From assembly GCA_964016885.1 (NCBI GenBank), contig OZ024741.1, forward strand, positions 252,588,001-252,652,000: a DNA stretch of 64,000 nt, read 5' to 3'. How positions within the stretch are numbered: position 1 is the stretch's first letter; the number at the start of each line of letters is the position of its first letter. This DNA is from Eledone cirrhosa. Lineage: Eukaryota. The notes under the pieces are model-generated. The model was not told the origin of the DNA and did no database searches. It saw only the letters and a program-made list of their open reading frames with translations. Positions 13,395 to 28,723 of this stretch are shown piece by piece. A program made the position numbers and the translations under genes.

Positions 13395-13875
13395 TGAGGT
13401 AGTGCTGGTGCCATGACAAAAAATACCCAGTCCACTTTGTACTGGTGCCATAACAAAAAAAGTGCCCAGTCCACTCTGTAAGGTAGTTGTACTGACACCA
13501 TGGCAAAAAATACCCAGTCCACTCTGTAAAGTGGTCTTAATCATGCCATGACAAGAAAGCACCCAATTTACCCTGTAAGATTGTCTTACTTGTGCCATGA
13601 CAAGAAAGCACCCAATCCAACCTGTAAGATGGTAGTGCTGGGGCCATGACAAAAGGCACCCAATCTAGCTTGTAAGGTGGTTGTACGGAGGGCATGACAA
13701 AAAAACACCCAGTCTACCTTGTAAGGTGGTTAGCATTAGGAAGGGTAGACTGCTATAGAATACTAAGCCGTAAACAAGGTATGAGCAAGACATGGTCATC
13801 AGACCTCTCTGGTCTTATAATATGACAACCAGTCTAAACTATGTAAGTATGGAAAACATGTTAAATGGTGATGAT
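13395..13875 (+). repeat. Tandemly amplified ~45-50 bp unit from an RTE/SINE 3'UTR, ending in a decayed tail
   Basis: ~7 units of CCATGACAAAAA..CACCCAGTCCAC..TGTAAGGTGGT, then GCATTAGGAAGGG...GGAAAACATGTTAAATGGTGATGAT. Confidence 0.65.
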
Positions 13876-14066
13876 ACTAATAACATTGGTATATTATGCA
13901 TTTTATTAACATAATACAGATCTTTGTTAATAATTAAAAATGGAAGGGAAATGCAAGGGCTCTAGGGTCACAGAAGAATGGGAGGGTGATGGGCTCTAGG
14001 CCTATGGTGCAGTGGTGTTGGGGCTGCCTCCCACAAACAAGACCACAAAAGCATTCTCACGGACGA

Positions 14067-14268
14067 TGGCCAGCGACACCCACTACAACAGCCACCTCAC
14101 CTCACAGGGCTCCTTCCTCAGACAGGCTGCTGACATTACAATGGCCAGTGACACCCACTACAACAGCCACCCCACCTCACAGGGCTCCTTCCTCAGACAG
14201 GCTGCTGACATTACAATGGCCAGTGACACCCACTACAACAGCCACCCCACCTCACCAGGCTCCTTCCT
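14067..14268. repeat. 75 bp tandem repeat, ~2.7 copies
   Basis: ATGGCCAG(C/T)GACACCCACTACAACAGCCACC.CACCTCACAGGGCTCCTTCCTCAGACAGGCTGCTGACATTACA repeated. Confidence 0.9.
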
Positions 14269-14481
14269 ATTTATTTAAGCGATCGCTAATCGGAAGTGCT
14301 CACATTTGAAAATTTTTAAGAAGTGAATCTTAAAATAAGCAACAAAATTATTTACATTTAATCAAGAATAACAAAATTTAGTAGATAAATTATGTAATAT
14401 TCATTCATTATTTATTCAAAGTAATACAACTTATTTTACAAATGGGATAGTCCCGCACTCCTTACTTTATTATAGTTTAGA
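14269..14481 (-). mobile_element. 5' portion of the non-autonomous Helitron also found at 41477-42017
   Basis: Homologous to 41700-42017, ends ACTTTATTATAGTTTAGA|T (minus-strand 5' TC terminus). Confidence 0.65.
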
Positions 14482-14597
14482 TATCATGGATTCTAGGAAG
14501 ACATACCATGGGTAGACTTTATGGATTGATAAAATGGAATGGTTTTATGGTAACAATATGGCTTGTGTACTATATCCATGGATCCTTCATTCTTCCC

Positions 14598-14740
14598 CTT
14601 CTTCTTCTTCTTCTTCTTCTTCTTCTTCTTCTTCTTTTTCTTTTCTTCTTTTTCTTTTCTTCTTTTCTTCTTTTTCTTTTCTTTTCTTTTCTTCTTTTTC
14701 TTTTCTTCTTCTTTTCTTCTTCTTCTTCTTCTTCTTCTTG
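14598..14740. repeat. (TTC)n/polypyrimidine tract
   Basis: Direct reading. Confidence 0.95.
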
Positions 14741-15334
14741 TGTGAGTGAGAGTGTACATGCATGTGTGTGTTTGTATGTGCAAGTGTGTATGTATGCATA
14801 GATGTGATTGTATGTATGCACATGTGTTTGTATGTGTGTGCATGCTTGTGTGTGCTTGTATATGTATGTGTATGAGTGCGTGCTTTTATTTACTATATAC
14901 TAAGATTTATTTCCCCTGTTGTAATTAGAAGTTTCCAGTTACAAATGAGAGTCTGTAATAAATTTATATAATCAACATTTTTGTATTGAGTACTTTTATT
15001 TCATATTTGGACACTGAAGCATATGTATGTGTGTGTGTGTAAAAGTGTGTGTGTGGTGGTGTGTGTGTGTAAGTGTAGGTGTATGTGTAGGTGTGTGTGA
15101 ATAAATATATATATATACACCCATGGGGTTATGTGTGAGTGTCTGTAAATAAATAAATATACACTTATATGTATATATGTATATATGTAAATGTGTATGT
15201 ATGCATGCATGCATGTGTGTATATATGTATGTATGTGTGTGTATATGTATGTATGTGTGTGTATGTATGTATGTAAGTTTATTAGAGAATTTTCAACGTA
15301 TTTTTAATAATGATATGATGATGCTGCTGGGAGT

Positions 15335-16446
15335 TATGATGGTGGTGGTGGTGATGATGGTGTTGGTGTTGGAGGGATGCTGCTGAGAGGAGGAGTTGTA
15401 TGGTTTCAGTGGTGACGTTGGTGGTGACGGTAGTGGTGGTGGTGGTGGTGTTAGTAGTGGTGATGGTAGTGGTGATGGTGGTGGTGATGGTGGTGGTGTT
15501 GGTAGTGGTGATGGTGGCGGTGATGGTGGTGGTGTTGGTAGTGGTGGTGGTGGTGGTGTTAGTAGTGGTGATGGTAGTGGTGATGGTGGTGGTGATGGTG
15601 GTGGTGTTGGTAGTGGTGGTGGTGGTGGTGATGGTGGTGGTGATGGTGGTGGTGTTGGTAGTGGTGGTGGTGGTGGTGACGGTGATTGTGGTGAAGGTGA
15701 CGGTAGTGATGATAGTAGAAAGCTGGTAGTAGTATTGGTGGTAGTGGTAGAGGTGGTAGTAGAGGTAGTGGTAGAGGTGGTAGTGTTAGAGGTAGTGGTA
15801 GAGGTAGTAATAGAGGTGGTAGTAGAGGTAGTAGTAAAGGTGGTAGTAGAAGTGGTAGTAGAGGTAGTAGTAGTGGTAGTGGTGGTAGTAGTGGTGGTAG
15901 TACAGGTGGTAGTAGAGGTGGTAGTAGAAGTAGTAGTAGAGGTGATAGTAGATGTAGTAATAGTAGATGTAGTAGTAGAGGTGGTAGTAGATGTAGTAGT
16001 AGAGGTAGTAGATGTAGTAGTAGTAGAGGTAGTAGTAGAGGTGATAGTAGTAGAGGTGGTAGTAGATGTAGTAATAGTAGAGGTAGTAGTAGAGGTGGTA
16101 GTAGAGGTAGTAGTAGAGGTGGTAGTAGAGGTAGTAGTAGAGGTAGAGGTGGTAGTAGAGGTGGTAGTAGTGGTGGTAGTAGAGGTAGTAGTAGAGGTAG
16201 AGGTAGTAGTAGAGGTGGTAGTAGAGGTAGTAGTAGAGGTGGTAGTAGAGGTAGTAGTAGAGGTAGAGGTAGTAGTAGAGGTGGTAGTAGAGGTAGTAGT
16301 AGAGGTAGAGGTGGTAGTAGAGGTGGTAGTGTTTACACAATTGTTGACTGTGTTGTCTGTTAACTTGCAGCTGTTGTTGTTATTGTCTTGATAGCTTTTG
16401 TTGTTGTTATTGGTGTTGTTGTTGTTATTGCTGTTGTTGTTGTTGG

Positions 16447-16484
<38 letters not shown>

Positions 16485-16885
16485 CTGTTGTTGTTATTGT
16501 TGTTGTTTTTGTTGTTGTTGCTGTCATTGTTGTTATTGCTGTTGTTATCAGAGATTTTATAGCTTGTGTTGTTGTTATTGTTGTTGTTCTTGTTGTTGCT
16601 GTTTTTTCTTGTCATTGTTGTTGTTGTTGTTGTTGTCGTTCTTGTTGTTGTTGTTGCCATTGTTGTTGTTATTGTTGTTGTTATTGGAGCCTTTGTTGTT
16701 ATTGTTGTTATTGTTTCTATTGGTTTGTTATTAATGCTAATTTGTTGTTGTTGTTATTGTTGTTGTTATTGTTGTCATTGCTTTTATTGTTTTAGTTGTT
16801 ATTATTGTTAATGCTAATAATTTTAATTTTGCTTTTGTTTTTATTGCTGTTGTTGTTGTTAGTGCTAATAATGGTAATTTTGTTG
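15335..16885. repeat. Low-complexity trinucleotide block: (GGT)n, then (GTA/GAG)n, then (GTT)n
   Basis: Direct reading; produces the low-complexity 455 aa and 331 aa ORFs. Confidence 0.9.
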
Positions 16886-17229
16886 TTTTTTCTCCTGGAC
16901 ACAATATATAGATTTCACATCATATTCAAATGTTATCATTTCGATAAATATCAATTAATTTAAGATAATTAATCTATTATTGTTTCAGAACGAACATAAT
17001 TTACATCTGATGGCAATATATGTGTGTGTGTGAATATAAATATATTTGTGTGTGTGAGTATGTGTGTGTATATGCGTGTGTGTATATGTGTATGTGTATG
17101 TGTATATATATGTATGTGAGCAAGTGTATACATATAATAAACTACCACCACGTACTGACATCACATAACCACCACACATCAACACTATACCACCACCACA
17201 ACCAATACTACACCACCACCAACAACTCT

Positions 17230-20200
17230 ACTACGACCATCACCACTAACACTACAGGGACCACTCTATCACAATCACCAACACCACACCACCAACACTG
17301 CTACGACCATCACCACTAACACTACAGGGACCACTCTATCACAATCACCAACACCACACCACCAACACTGCTACGACCATCACCACTAACACTACTGGGA
17401 CCACTCTATCACAATCACCAACACCACCACCACCAACACTGCTACGACCATCACCACTAACACTACTGGGACCACTCTAACACAATCACCAACACCACAC
17501 CACCAACACTGTTACGACCATCACCACTAACACTACAGGGACCACTCTATCACAATCACCAACACCACACCACCAACACTGCTACGACCATCACCACTAA
17601 CACTACAGGGACCACTCTATCACAATCACCAACACCACCACCACCAACACTGCTACGACCATCACCACTAACACTACAGGGACCACTCTATCACAATCAC
17701 CAACACCACACCACCAACACTGCTACGACCATCACCACTAACACTACTGGGACCACTCTATCACAATCACCAACACCACCAACACTGCTACGACCATCAC
17801 CACTAACACTACTGGGACCACTCTAACACAATCACCAACACCACACCACCAACACTGCTACGACCATCACCACTAACACTACAGGGACCACTCTATCACA
17901 ATCACCAACACCACACCACCAACACTGCTACGACCATCACCACTAACACTACAGGGACCACTCTATCACAATCACCAACACCACCACCACCAACACTGCT
18001 ACGACCATGACCACTAACACTACTGGGACCACTCTATCACAATCACCAACACCACACCACCAACACTACTACGACCATCACCACTAACACTACAGGGACC
18101 ACTCTATCACAATCACCAACACCACCACCACTGCTACGACCATCACCACTAACACTACAGGGACCACTCTATCACAATCACCAACACCACACCACCAACA
18201 CTGCTACGACCATCACCACTAACACTACAGGGACCACTCTATCACAATCACCAACACCACACCACCAACACTGCTACGACCATCACCACTAACACTACAG
18301 GGACCACTCTATCACAATCACCAACACCACACCACCAACACTGCTACGACCATCACCACTAACACTACAGGGACCACTCTATCACAATCACCAACACCAC
18401 ACCACCAACACTGCTACGACCATCACCACTAACACTACTGGGACCACTCTAACACAATCACCAACACCACACCACCAACACTACTACGACCATCACCACT
18501 AACACTACTGGGACCACTCTATCACAATCACCAACACCACACCACCAACACTGCTACGACCATCACCACTAACACTACAGGGACCACTCTATCACAATCA
18601 CTAACACCACCACCACCACCAACACTGCTACGACCATCACCACTAACACTACAGGGACCACTCTATCACAATCACCAACACCACACCACCAACACTGCTA
18701 CGACCATCACCACTAACACTACTGGGACCACTCTAACACAATCACCAACACCACACCACCAACACTGCTACGACCATCACCACTAACACTACTGGGACCA
18801 CTCTATCACAATCACCAACACCACACCACCAACACTGCTACGACCATCACCACTAACACTACAGGGACCACTCTATCACAATCACCAACACCACCACCAC
18901 CAACACTGCTACGACCATCACCACTAACACTACAGGGACCACTCTATCACAATCACCAACACCACACCACCAACACTGCTACGACCATCACCACTAACAC
19001 TACAGGGACCACTCTATCACAATCACCAACACCACACCACCAACACTGCTACGACCATCACCACTAACACTACTGGGACCACTCTAACACAATCACCAAC
19101 ACCACACCACCAACACTACTACGACCATCACCACTAACACTACTGGGACCACTCTATCACAATCACCAACACCACACCACCAACACTACTACGACCATCA
19201 CCACTAACACTACAGGGACCACTCTATCACAATCACCAACACCACACCACCAACACTGCTACAACCATCACCACTAACACTACAGGGACAACTCTATCAC
19301 AATCACCAACACCACACCACCAACACTGCTACGACCATCACCACTAACACTACAGGGACCACTCTATCACAATCACCAACACCACACCACCAACACTGCT
19401 ACGACCATCACCACTAACACTACTGGGACCACTCTAACACAATCACCAACACCACACCACCAACACTACTACGACCATCACCACTAACACTACTGGGACC
19501 ACTCTATCACAATCACCAACACCACACCACCAACACTACTACGACCATCACCACTAACACTACAGGGACCACCCTATCACAATCACCAACACCACACCAC
19601 CAACACTGCTACGACCATCACCACTAACACTACAGGGACAACTCTATCACAATCACCAACACCACACCACCAACACTGCTACGACCATCACCACTAACAC
19701 TACAGGGACCACTCTATCACAATCACCAACACCACCACCACCAACACTGCTACGACCATCACCACTAACACTACAGGGACCACTCTATCACAATCACCAA
19801 CACCACACCACCAACACTGCTACGACCATCACCACTAACACTACAGGGACCACTCTATCACAATCACCAACACCACACCACCAACACTGCTACGACCATC
19901 ACCACTAACACTACAGGGACCACTCTATCACAATCACCAACACCACACCACCAACACTACTACGACCATCACCACTAACACTACTGAGACCACTCTATCA
20001 CAATCACCAACACCACACCACCAACACAACTACGACCATCACCACTAACACTACAGGGACCACTCTATCACAATCACCAACACCACCACCAACACTACTA
20101 CGACCATCACCACTAACACTACAGGGACCACTCTATCACAATCACAAACACCACACCACCAACACTACTACGACCATCACCACTAACACTACTGGGACCA

Positions 20201-21945
20201 CTCTATCACAATCACCAACACCACACCACCAACACTACTACGACCATCACCACTAACACTACAGGGACCACTCTATCACAATCACCAACACCACCACCAC
20301 CAACACTACTACGACCATCACCACTAACACTACTGAGACCACTCTATCACAATCACCAACACCACACCACCAACACTACTACAACCATCACCACTAACAC
20401 TACTGGGACCACTCTATCACAATCACCAACACCACACCACCAACACTACTACGACCATCACCACTAACACTACTGGGACCACTCTATCACAATCACCAAC
20501 ACCACACCACCAACACAACTACGACCATCACCACTAACACTACAGGGACCACTCTATCACAATCACAAACACCACACCACCAACACTACTACGACCATCA
20601 CCACTAACACTACTGGGACCACTCTATCACAATCACCAACACCACACCACCAACACTGCTACGACCATCACCACTAACACTACAGGGACCACTCTATCAC
20701 AATCACCAACACCACCACCACCAACACTACTACGACCATCACCACTAACACTACAGGGACCACTCTATCACAATCACCAACACCACACCACCAACACTAC
20801 TACGACCATCACCACTAACACTACTGGGACCACTCTATCACAATCACCAACACCACACCACCAACACTACTACGACCATCACCACTAACACTACAGGGAC
20901 CACTCTATCACAATCACCAACACCACACCACCAACACTACTACGACCATCACCACTAACACTACAGGGACCACTCTATCACAATCACCAACACTACTACG
21001 ACCATCACCACTAACACTACTGGGACCACTCTATCACAATCACCAACACCACACCACCAACACTACTACGACCATCACCACTAACACTACTGGGACCACT
21101 CTATCACAATCACCAACACCACACCACCAACACTACTACGACCATCACCACTAACACTACAGGGACCACTCTATCACAATCACCAACACCACACCACCAA
21201 CACTACTACGACCATCACCACTAACACTACAGGGACCACTCTATCACAATCACCAACACTACTACGACCATCACCACTAACACTACAGGGACCACTCTAT
21301 CACAATCACCAACACCACACCAACAACTCTACTACGACCATCACCACTAACACTACTGGGACCACTCTATCACAATCACCAACACCACACCAACAACTCT
21401 ACTACGACCATCACCACTAACACTACTGGGACCACTCTATCACAATCACCAACACCACACCACCAACACTACTACGACCATCACCACTAACACTACAGGG
21501 ACCACTCTATCACAATCACCAACACCACACCACCAACACTACTACGACCATCACCACTAACACTACAGGGACCACTCTATCACAATCACCAACACCACCA
21601 CCACCAACACTGCTACGACCATCACCACTAACACTACTGGGACCACTCTATCACAATCACCAACACCACACCACCAACACTACTACGACCATCACCACTA
21701 ACACTACTGGGACCACTCTATCACAATCACCAACACCACACCACCAACACTACTACGACCATCACCACTAACACTACTGGGACCACTCTATCACAATCAC
21801 CAACACCACACCACCAACACTACTACGACCATCACCACTAACACTACTGGGACCACTCTATCACAATCACCAACACCACACCACCAACACTACTACGGCC
21901 ATCACTACTAACACTACTGGGACCACTCTAACACAATCACAAACA
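17230..21945. repeat. 70 bp minisatellite array, ~67 copies, CA-rich strand
   Basis: Unit CTACGACCATCACCACTAACACTAC(A/T)GGGACCACTCTATCACAATCACCAACACCACACCACCAACACT(G/A); period 70 with small indel variants. Confidence 0.97.
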
Positions 21946-22074
21946 CTATCACCTCCACTACAACCACACTACCACCAACACAACGCCTCAACACACCACC
22001 CCACAACATTGATATCTAATTTAGACACAAAATGAGCAATTATCACAGAATATTAAAAAAAATCCATATAATTA

Positions 22075-22230
22075 AATCAAGCACCAGCACTTAACTGGTA
22101 CTTTATTTTATCAACCTTGAAAGGATCAAAGAAAGAGTAAGTTGACCTTGGCAGGATTCCAAAATAAAAATATAAAGATCCAGAACAAATAGCACAATAC
22201 CATTTTATCTGACACTCTGCCGATTCCAAC
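22075..22230 (-). mobile_element. SINE family A, degenerate, minus strand
   Basis: CTGGTACTTTATTTTATCAACCTTGAAAGGAT...GTTGACCTTGGCAGGATT...CTCTGCCGATTCC is the reverse complement of the family consensus. Confidence 0.7.
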
Positions 22231-22235
22231 ATTCT

Positions 22236-22275
<40 letters not shown>

Positions 22276-22811
22276 CGAAGGAAAAGTGGTAAGGAACCAG
22301 GTGGACCATAACGCACCAAAGTACTCAATACTTAGGGTAGTATATACACACACAGTTATGTACCATATCAACTGAACATTTTGCAAAGATCAAATTGGCT
22401 CTTATATTTTTATTTCAAAATTTCAATTTACCTCATGGCATGTTATAATGTTGCTATATATGTTTGGCGTGTTATTAGTGTTGTGACATATATGTATGTA
22501 TATGTGTGTGTGTTTAAAAAGCTAGAATTTAACATCCTTCTAGCGGGTCCGGGTAAGATTTTACATTCATTTAATTTATTAATTTATTAATTTATTATTT
22601 GTATGACCCGAATTTTCCTGGTCGTTTTTTCGGCTGTGCGAATGATTTTAAGTATTGTCTCTATGTGTTGGTATTTAAACGATAGTTATAGCTCTGGTTT
22701 ATCCAAACTATTGAGCCCTTTGCCATGCATTTCGAAGATTGTGTTTCGTTATTTCGTGGGCCGAGATTCCGATTCTCGATAATTTATTTATATATATATA
22801 TATATATTATT

Positions 22812-22864
<53 letters not shown>

Positions 22865-23045
22865 TTAGAGCAAACATCACGGACGCTCTATCTCAAAATT
22901 ATTTTTGAAAAGCATTATAAATGCACAACCGATAAAAATTAAAACCAAAACTGAATACTAACCAATACTATTACTAATTCTCACTTATTCCTAATTAAAG
23001 TATTTTTCACTGTGAACAATTTGTCAGCATTTTCTTTTCCGTTTA

Positions 23046-23087
<42 letters not shown>

Positions 23088-23544
23088 TGCATATATATAT
23101 ATATAGATATATATATAAATATGCATTATATATTCTGGTACATATGGTTCGGCTATGTGTATACGGGAGTTTTGCGTCTGTGTGAGTATGCAGGTTTGTA
23201 CGTATGTAGGGTGTGTGTATATGTGTACTTCATGTTTTGGTTGACTTACATCTCCGAACTTTCGTGTATTTACATGTAGGTATGTGTGTGCGCTTGTTAT
23301 ATACGTATTTATTTATTTATATACGTTTATATAATTATTTATTTATTTGTATACACGCTTACACACACACACATATTTATATGTGCGTGGTTTTGTTTAC
23401 CTATGGTAAGTTTTTGCCTATGCTTGTGTATGCACGTTTCTGTTTGCGTGTATGTATTTATTTACTTCTATTACTTCTGTATTGTATTTATTTACTTTGT
23501 TCTTAACTCTGTAGCGGAGATTCATTCGGTCTCCTAGTTAGAAT

Positions 23545-23815
23545 TTAGTCTACGACTTCTGCTATACCATTTACGTGGTTTTGTCTTTGCGTGCTATTGT
23601 TCTCCACGCTCCACATATGACGTATTATCTTCGTTTTTCTCGTTCATCGCCAGAGAACGTCTCTATGCACCACCTAAGAGAACATTAGTCTACGACCTCT
23701 ATTATACCATAAACGTGGTTCTGTCTTTGCGCGTAATTGTTTTTCACCGCTCCCATTAATGACGTATTATATTCGTTTTTTCCCGTTCTTAGCCAGCGAA
23801 CGTTTCCACGAACCA
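23545..23815. repeat. Diverged ~140 bp tandem duplication, CpG-rich
   Basis: TTAGTCTACGAC.TCT..TATACCAT..ACGTGGTT.TGTCTTTGCG...ATGACGTATTAT.TTCGTTTTT at ~23545 and ~23685. Confidence 0.8.
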
Positions 23816-24051
23816 AAGTATCGTCTTCCTGTCTTCCTCCGGTTGCAACGTTTTTTTAAATATCCACTTCTGCGTTTACAGATTGACTTTGTTAGTTTCA
23901 GAAGATCCCGTTAAGGGTGAAAGCAGCGATTCTTTGCTTAAACTTTAATCTGTTATTTTAGTAAATATTTGCTCTACGGTTCTTATATATTTGATATATA
24001 TTTATCCTTATCGAGCCCTCTTTGGATTTTAGTCTTCAAATTTATTATTAT

Positions 24052-24118
<67 letters not shown>

Positions 24119-24121
24119 TGC

Positions 24122-24161
<40 letters not shown>

Positions 24162-24500
24162 GCATATATATATATAGAGGGAGATATATATATATGCATA
24201 TACATATATATATATATAAATATGCATATATATATATGCATATATATATATATATATATATGCATATATATATATATAAATATGCATATATATATAGATA
24301 TATATATATATGCATATATATATATATAAATATGCATATATATATATATATATATATATTTAAAGGTTAAACAAGGTTCAATGAATAAATTGAAGAATGA
24401 GTTTTACAATAGATTGGAAGCACTCAACAGTTATGGTTTTACGGAGTTATTAATATTAATTCAAAATATTAACAAAAATAGACATTCGCGTGATCAAATA

Positions 24501-24567
24501 TATTTTGTTATACATACTTCAGCGGTACTGAGCTATCTTCAACAGTACGTCCTCATCAGATAAAATA
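24501..24567 (-). ncRNA. Type-I hammerhead motif with GAAA>GAAG lesion
   Basis: TATTTTAT-CTGATGA-GGACGTACTG ttgaagatagct CAGTACCGCT-GAAG-TATGTA-TA-ACAAAATA. Confidence 0.65.
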
Positions 24568-24682
24568 AGATGATGCATGACATACCCTGACTTAATAGAT
24601 GGTTAAGATTCAGTCATGGGTGGTTAAGATTCATGACTGAATCTTAACCATCTATTAAGTCAGGGTATGTCATGCATCATCT

Positions 24683-24749
24683 TATTTTATCTTATGAGGA
24701 CGTACTGTTGAAGATAGCTCAGTAGCTCTGAAATATGTATAATAAAATA
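24683..24749 (+). ncRNA. Type-I hammerhead motif with CTGATGA>CTTATGA lesion
   Basis: TATTTTAT-CTTATGA-GGACGTACTG..CAGTAGCTCT-GAAA-TATGTA-TA-ATAAAATA; perfect 8 bp stem I. Confidence 0.65.
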
Positions 24750-24790
24750 TACTTGATCACACGAATGTCTATTTTTGTTAATATTTTGAA

Positions 24791-24873
<83 letters not shown>

Positions 24874-24926
24874 GCATATATGTATATATATTTTTATATA
24901 TATATATATATGCATATATGTATATA

Positions 24927-24959
<33 letters not shown>

Positions 24960-24974
24960 GCATATATGTATATA

Positions 24975-25010
<36 letters not shown>

Positions 25011-25018
25011 CATATATA

Positions 25019-25062
<44 letters not shown>

Positions 25063-25094
25063 CATATATATGTATATAGATATAGATATATATA

Positions 25095-25540
<446 letters not shown>

Positions 25541-25551
25541 ATATATATATA

Positions 25552-25655
<104 letters not shown>

Positions 25656-25782
25656 TATATATATAAATATGCATATATATATAAATATACATATATATAT
25701 ATATAAATATACATATATATATATAAATATCTATATATATATGTTTGTGTGTGTAGGGGAGAGGGGGGTGGGTAAGATATAT

Positions 25783-25814
<32 letters not shown>

Positions 25815-26048
25815 GTTTGTGTGTGTGTGTGTAGGGGAGAGGGGGGGGGGGGGGTAAGATATATATATACACACACAAATATGTGTATGAGAATCAATAG
25901 ATAAACATCTTGCTTGCCAAAGAAATATCTATAAAAGCATCACAAAATATTGAGTAAAAAAACATCTGTAAAAACATTGTTTTCGGAGTAACTCAGGCTT
26001 TATAGAAAAACATTAAAGTTTATATATAGAGTGGTATATACTTATATA

Positions 26049-26085
<37 letters not shown>

Positions 26086-27227
26086 GTAAATATATATATA
26101 TATATTTATGTTTATGTGTGCGTGATTGTATATATATGAATATATGTGTATGTGTGGGTGGGTGGGTGTATATATATATGAATCTATGTGTAAATATGCA
26201 TGTGTGTATGACTGGGTGGATGTATATATATATGAATCTATGTGTATATGTGTGTGTGTATGTGTATATGTGTGTGTGTATTTTTATGTACATCAAAATT
26301 CCTCACAAAACAAACTCATTAAAAAAAAATGTCTTCCATATTCTTATATCATTGATGTTTATATTAATTATTTCATCGCTTATGGTTTTATTTTTGTTTA
26401 TATATAAGCCTTGATGTTGTAAGATGGCTCATATATATATACACTCCTTTCTGTTTGAAGTATGTATATAATGTTTCTGTAATGTTTGGTGAATCATCCT
26501 GGAAACATTGTTCAAAGAAGATATAGTCTGGTTTATTTCAGAATATTTATTATTTAAACTCGTTGTATGTTTTTCTTAATTATCTCTTACAAAAACTATC
26601 AATTCTACAAATATAGTGAAGAAAATTATGAGCTTAGCCTTGAAATTTGTAAATATCATGACTTTCAGTGTCACATAGCTCAAACTAGTACAGTAGTTTC
26701 GCTGTTGTCTAACTATGTATCTACAAAGAGTGTTATTGTTTTGGCACTTAAACTATTTAACAAAATGTAATGATAACTTTAGTAGATTACTTTATCTGGT
26801 GAAGATCTAAATTTTATTTCTAACACAAATCATTGTTTTCTTTAGCATATTTAGTTTGTGTGATTTTAGTGATCACATTATCTATATGGGGTTGTACTAG
26901 CTGGTGGAAATAGCAGCCAAAGCTCATTTAAATTTATATCCCACAATATCAAAAAGGTAGGATACAATAGAGAAGGTTGTTGTATATATAAGAAAAGAAA
27001 GAATTTTGGCAGCTGGAATGCCTTTGATCATAAGCCTGTTTGGTCAGGTCTTAAGCTACAGCTAAACCACAACAACAATAATTTTTTTCACACACACATA
27101 TATATATCATAGAATTAAAGAAAAACAGTTCAGTTTTATATCGCTAATGTCACCTCTAAAACATTATAAAAAACATTGTTTTCTATGACAACTACAAGAT
27201 ACCTTGAAATAAAAAATTATATTTGAT

Positions 27228-28723
27228 AGTATTATACAACTGTATCATGCAGTATTATATAGCTGTAGCCTACAGTATTATATAGCTATATCCTGCAGTA
27301 ATATATAGCTGTATCCTGCAGTATTATACAGCTGTATCCTGCAGTATTATATAGCTGTATCCTACAGTATTATACAGCTGTATCCTGCAGTATTATACAA
27401 CTGTATCCTGCAGTATTATACAACTGTATCCAGCAGTATTATATAACTGTATCCTACAGTATTATATAGCTGTATCCTGCAGTAATATACAACTGTATCC
27501 TGCAGTATTATATAGCTGTATCCTACAGTATTATACAGCTGTATCCTGCAGTATTATACAACTGTATCCTGCAGTATTATACAACTGTATCCTGCAGTAT
27601 TATATAGCTGTATCCTACAGTATTATACAGCTGTATCCTGCAGTATTATACAACTGTATCCTGCAGTATTATACAACTGTATCCTGCAGTATTATACAAC
27701 TGTATCCTACAGTATTATATAGCTATATCCTGCAGTATTATACAACTGTATCCTGCAGTATTATATAGCTGTATCCTACAGTATTATATAGCTGTATCCT
27801 GCAGTATTATATAGCTGTATCCTACAGTATTATACAGCTGTATCCTGCAGTATTATACAACTGTATCCAGCAGTATTATATAGCTGTATCCTGCAGTATT
27901 ATACAACTGTATCCTGCAGTATTATATAGCTATATCCTGTAGTATTATATAGCTATATCCTGCAGTATTATACAACTGTATCCTGCAGTATTATATAGCT
28001 GTATCCTACAGTATTATACAGCTGTATCCTGCAGTATTATACAACTGTATCCTGCAGTATTATATAGCTATATCCTGCAGTATTATATAGCTATATCCTG
28101 CAGTATTATACAACTGTATCCTGCAGTATTATATACATGTATCCTACAGTATTATACAACTGTATCCTGCAGTATTATACAACTCTATCCAGCAGTATTA
28201 TACAACTGTATCCTGCAGTATTATACAACTGTATCCTGCAGTATTATACAACTGTATCCTACAGTATTATACAGCTGTATCCTGCAGTATTATACAACTC
28301 TATCCAGCAGTATTATACAACTGTATCCTGCAGTATTATATAGCTGTATCCTGCAGTATTATATAGCTATATCCTGCAGTATTATACAACTGTATCCTAC
28401 AGTATTATATAGCTGTATCGTACAGTTTTATATAGCTATATCCTGCAGTATTATACAACTGTATCCTGCAGTATTATACAACTGTATCCAGCAGTATTAT
28501 ATAGCTGTATCCTGCAGTATTATACAACTGTATCCTGCAGTATTATATAGCTGTATCCTGCAGTATTATACAACTGTATCCTGCAGTATTATATAGCTAT
28601 ATCCTGCAGTATTATACAACTGTATCCTGCAGTATTATACAACTGTATCCTGCAGTATTATACAACTGTATCCTGCAGTATTATACAACTGTATCCAGCA
28701 GTATTATATAGCTGTATCCTGCA
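27228..28723. repeat. 23 bp minisatellite array, ~65 copies
   Basis: Unit GCAGTATTATA(C/T)A(A/G)CTGTATCCT. Confidence 0.97.

Larger units (their letters stand above)
24361..24797. mobile_element. (TA)n-bounded hammerhead fold-back element (Penelope pLTR-like), 345 bp palindrome
   Basis: Arms 24453-24618 / 24632-24797; each arm carries a hammerhead motif; TA tracts on both sides. Confidence 0.8.

Noticed and set aside
15293-16660. 455 aa N/T/SP-rich ORF resembling a mucin or extensin
   Set aside because: Built entirely from trinucleotide repeats, open on both strands, no signal peptide or non-repetitive domain
27228-28723. CRISPR-like regular 23 bp repeats
   Set aside because: Contiguous tandem units with no unique spacers and no cas genes; eukaryotic context. 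The same applies to the 70 bp and 14 bp arrays
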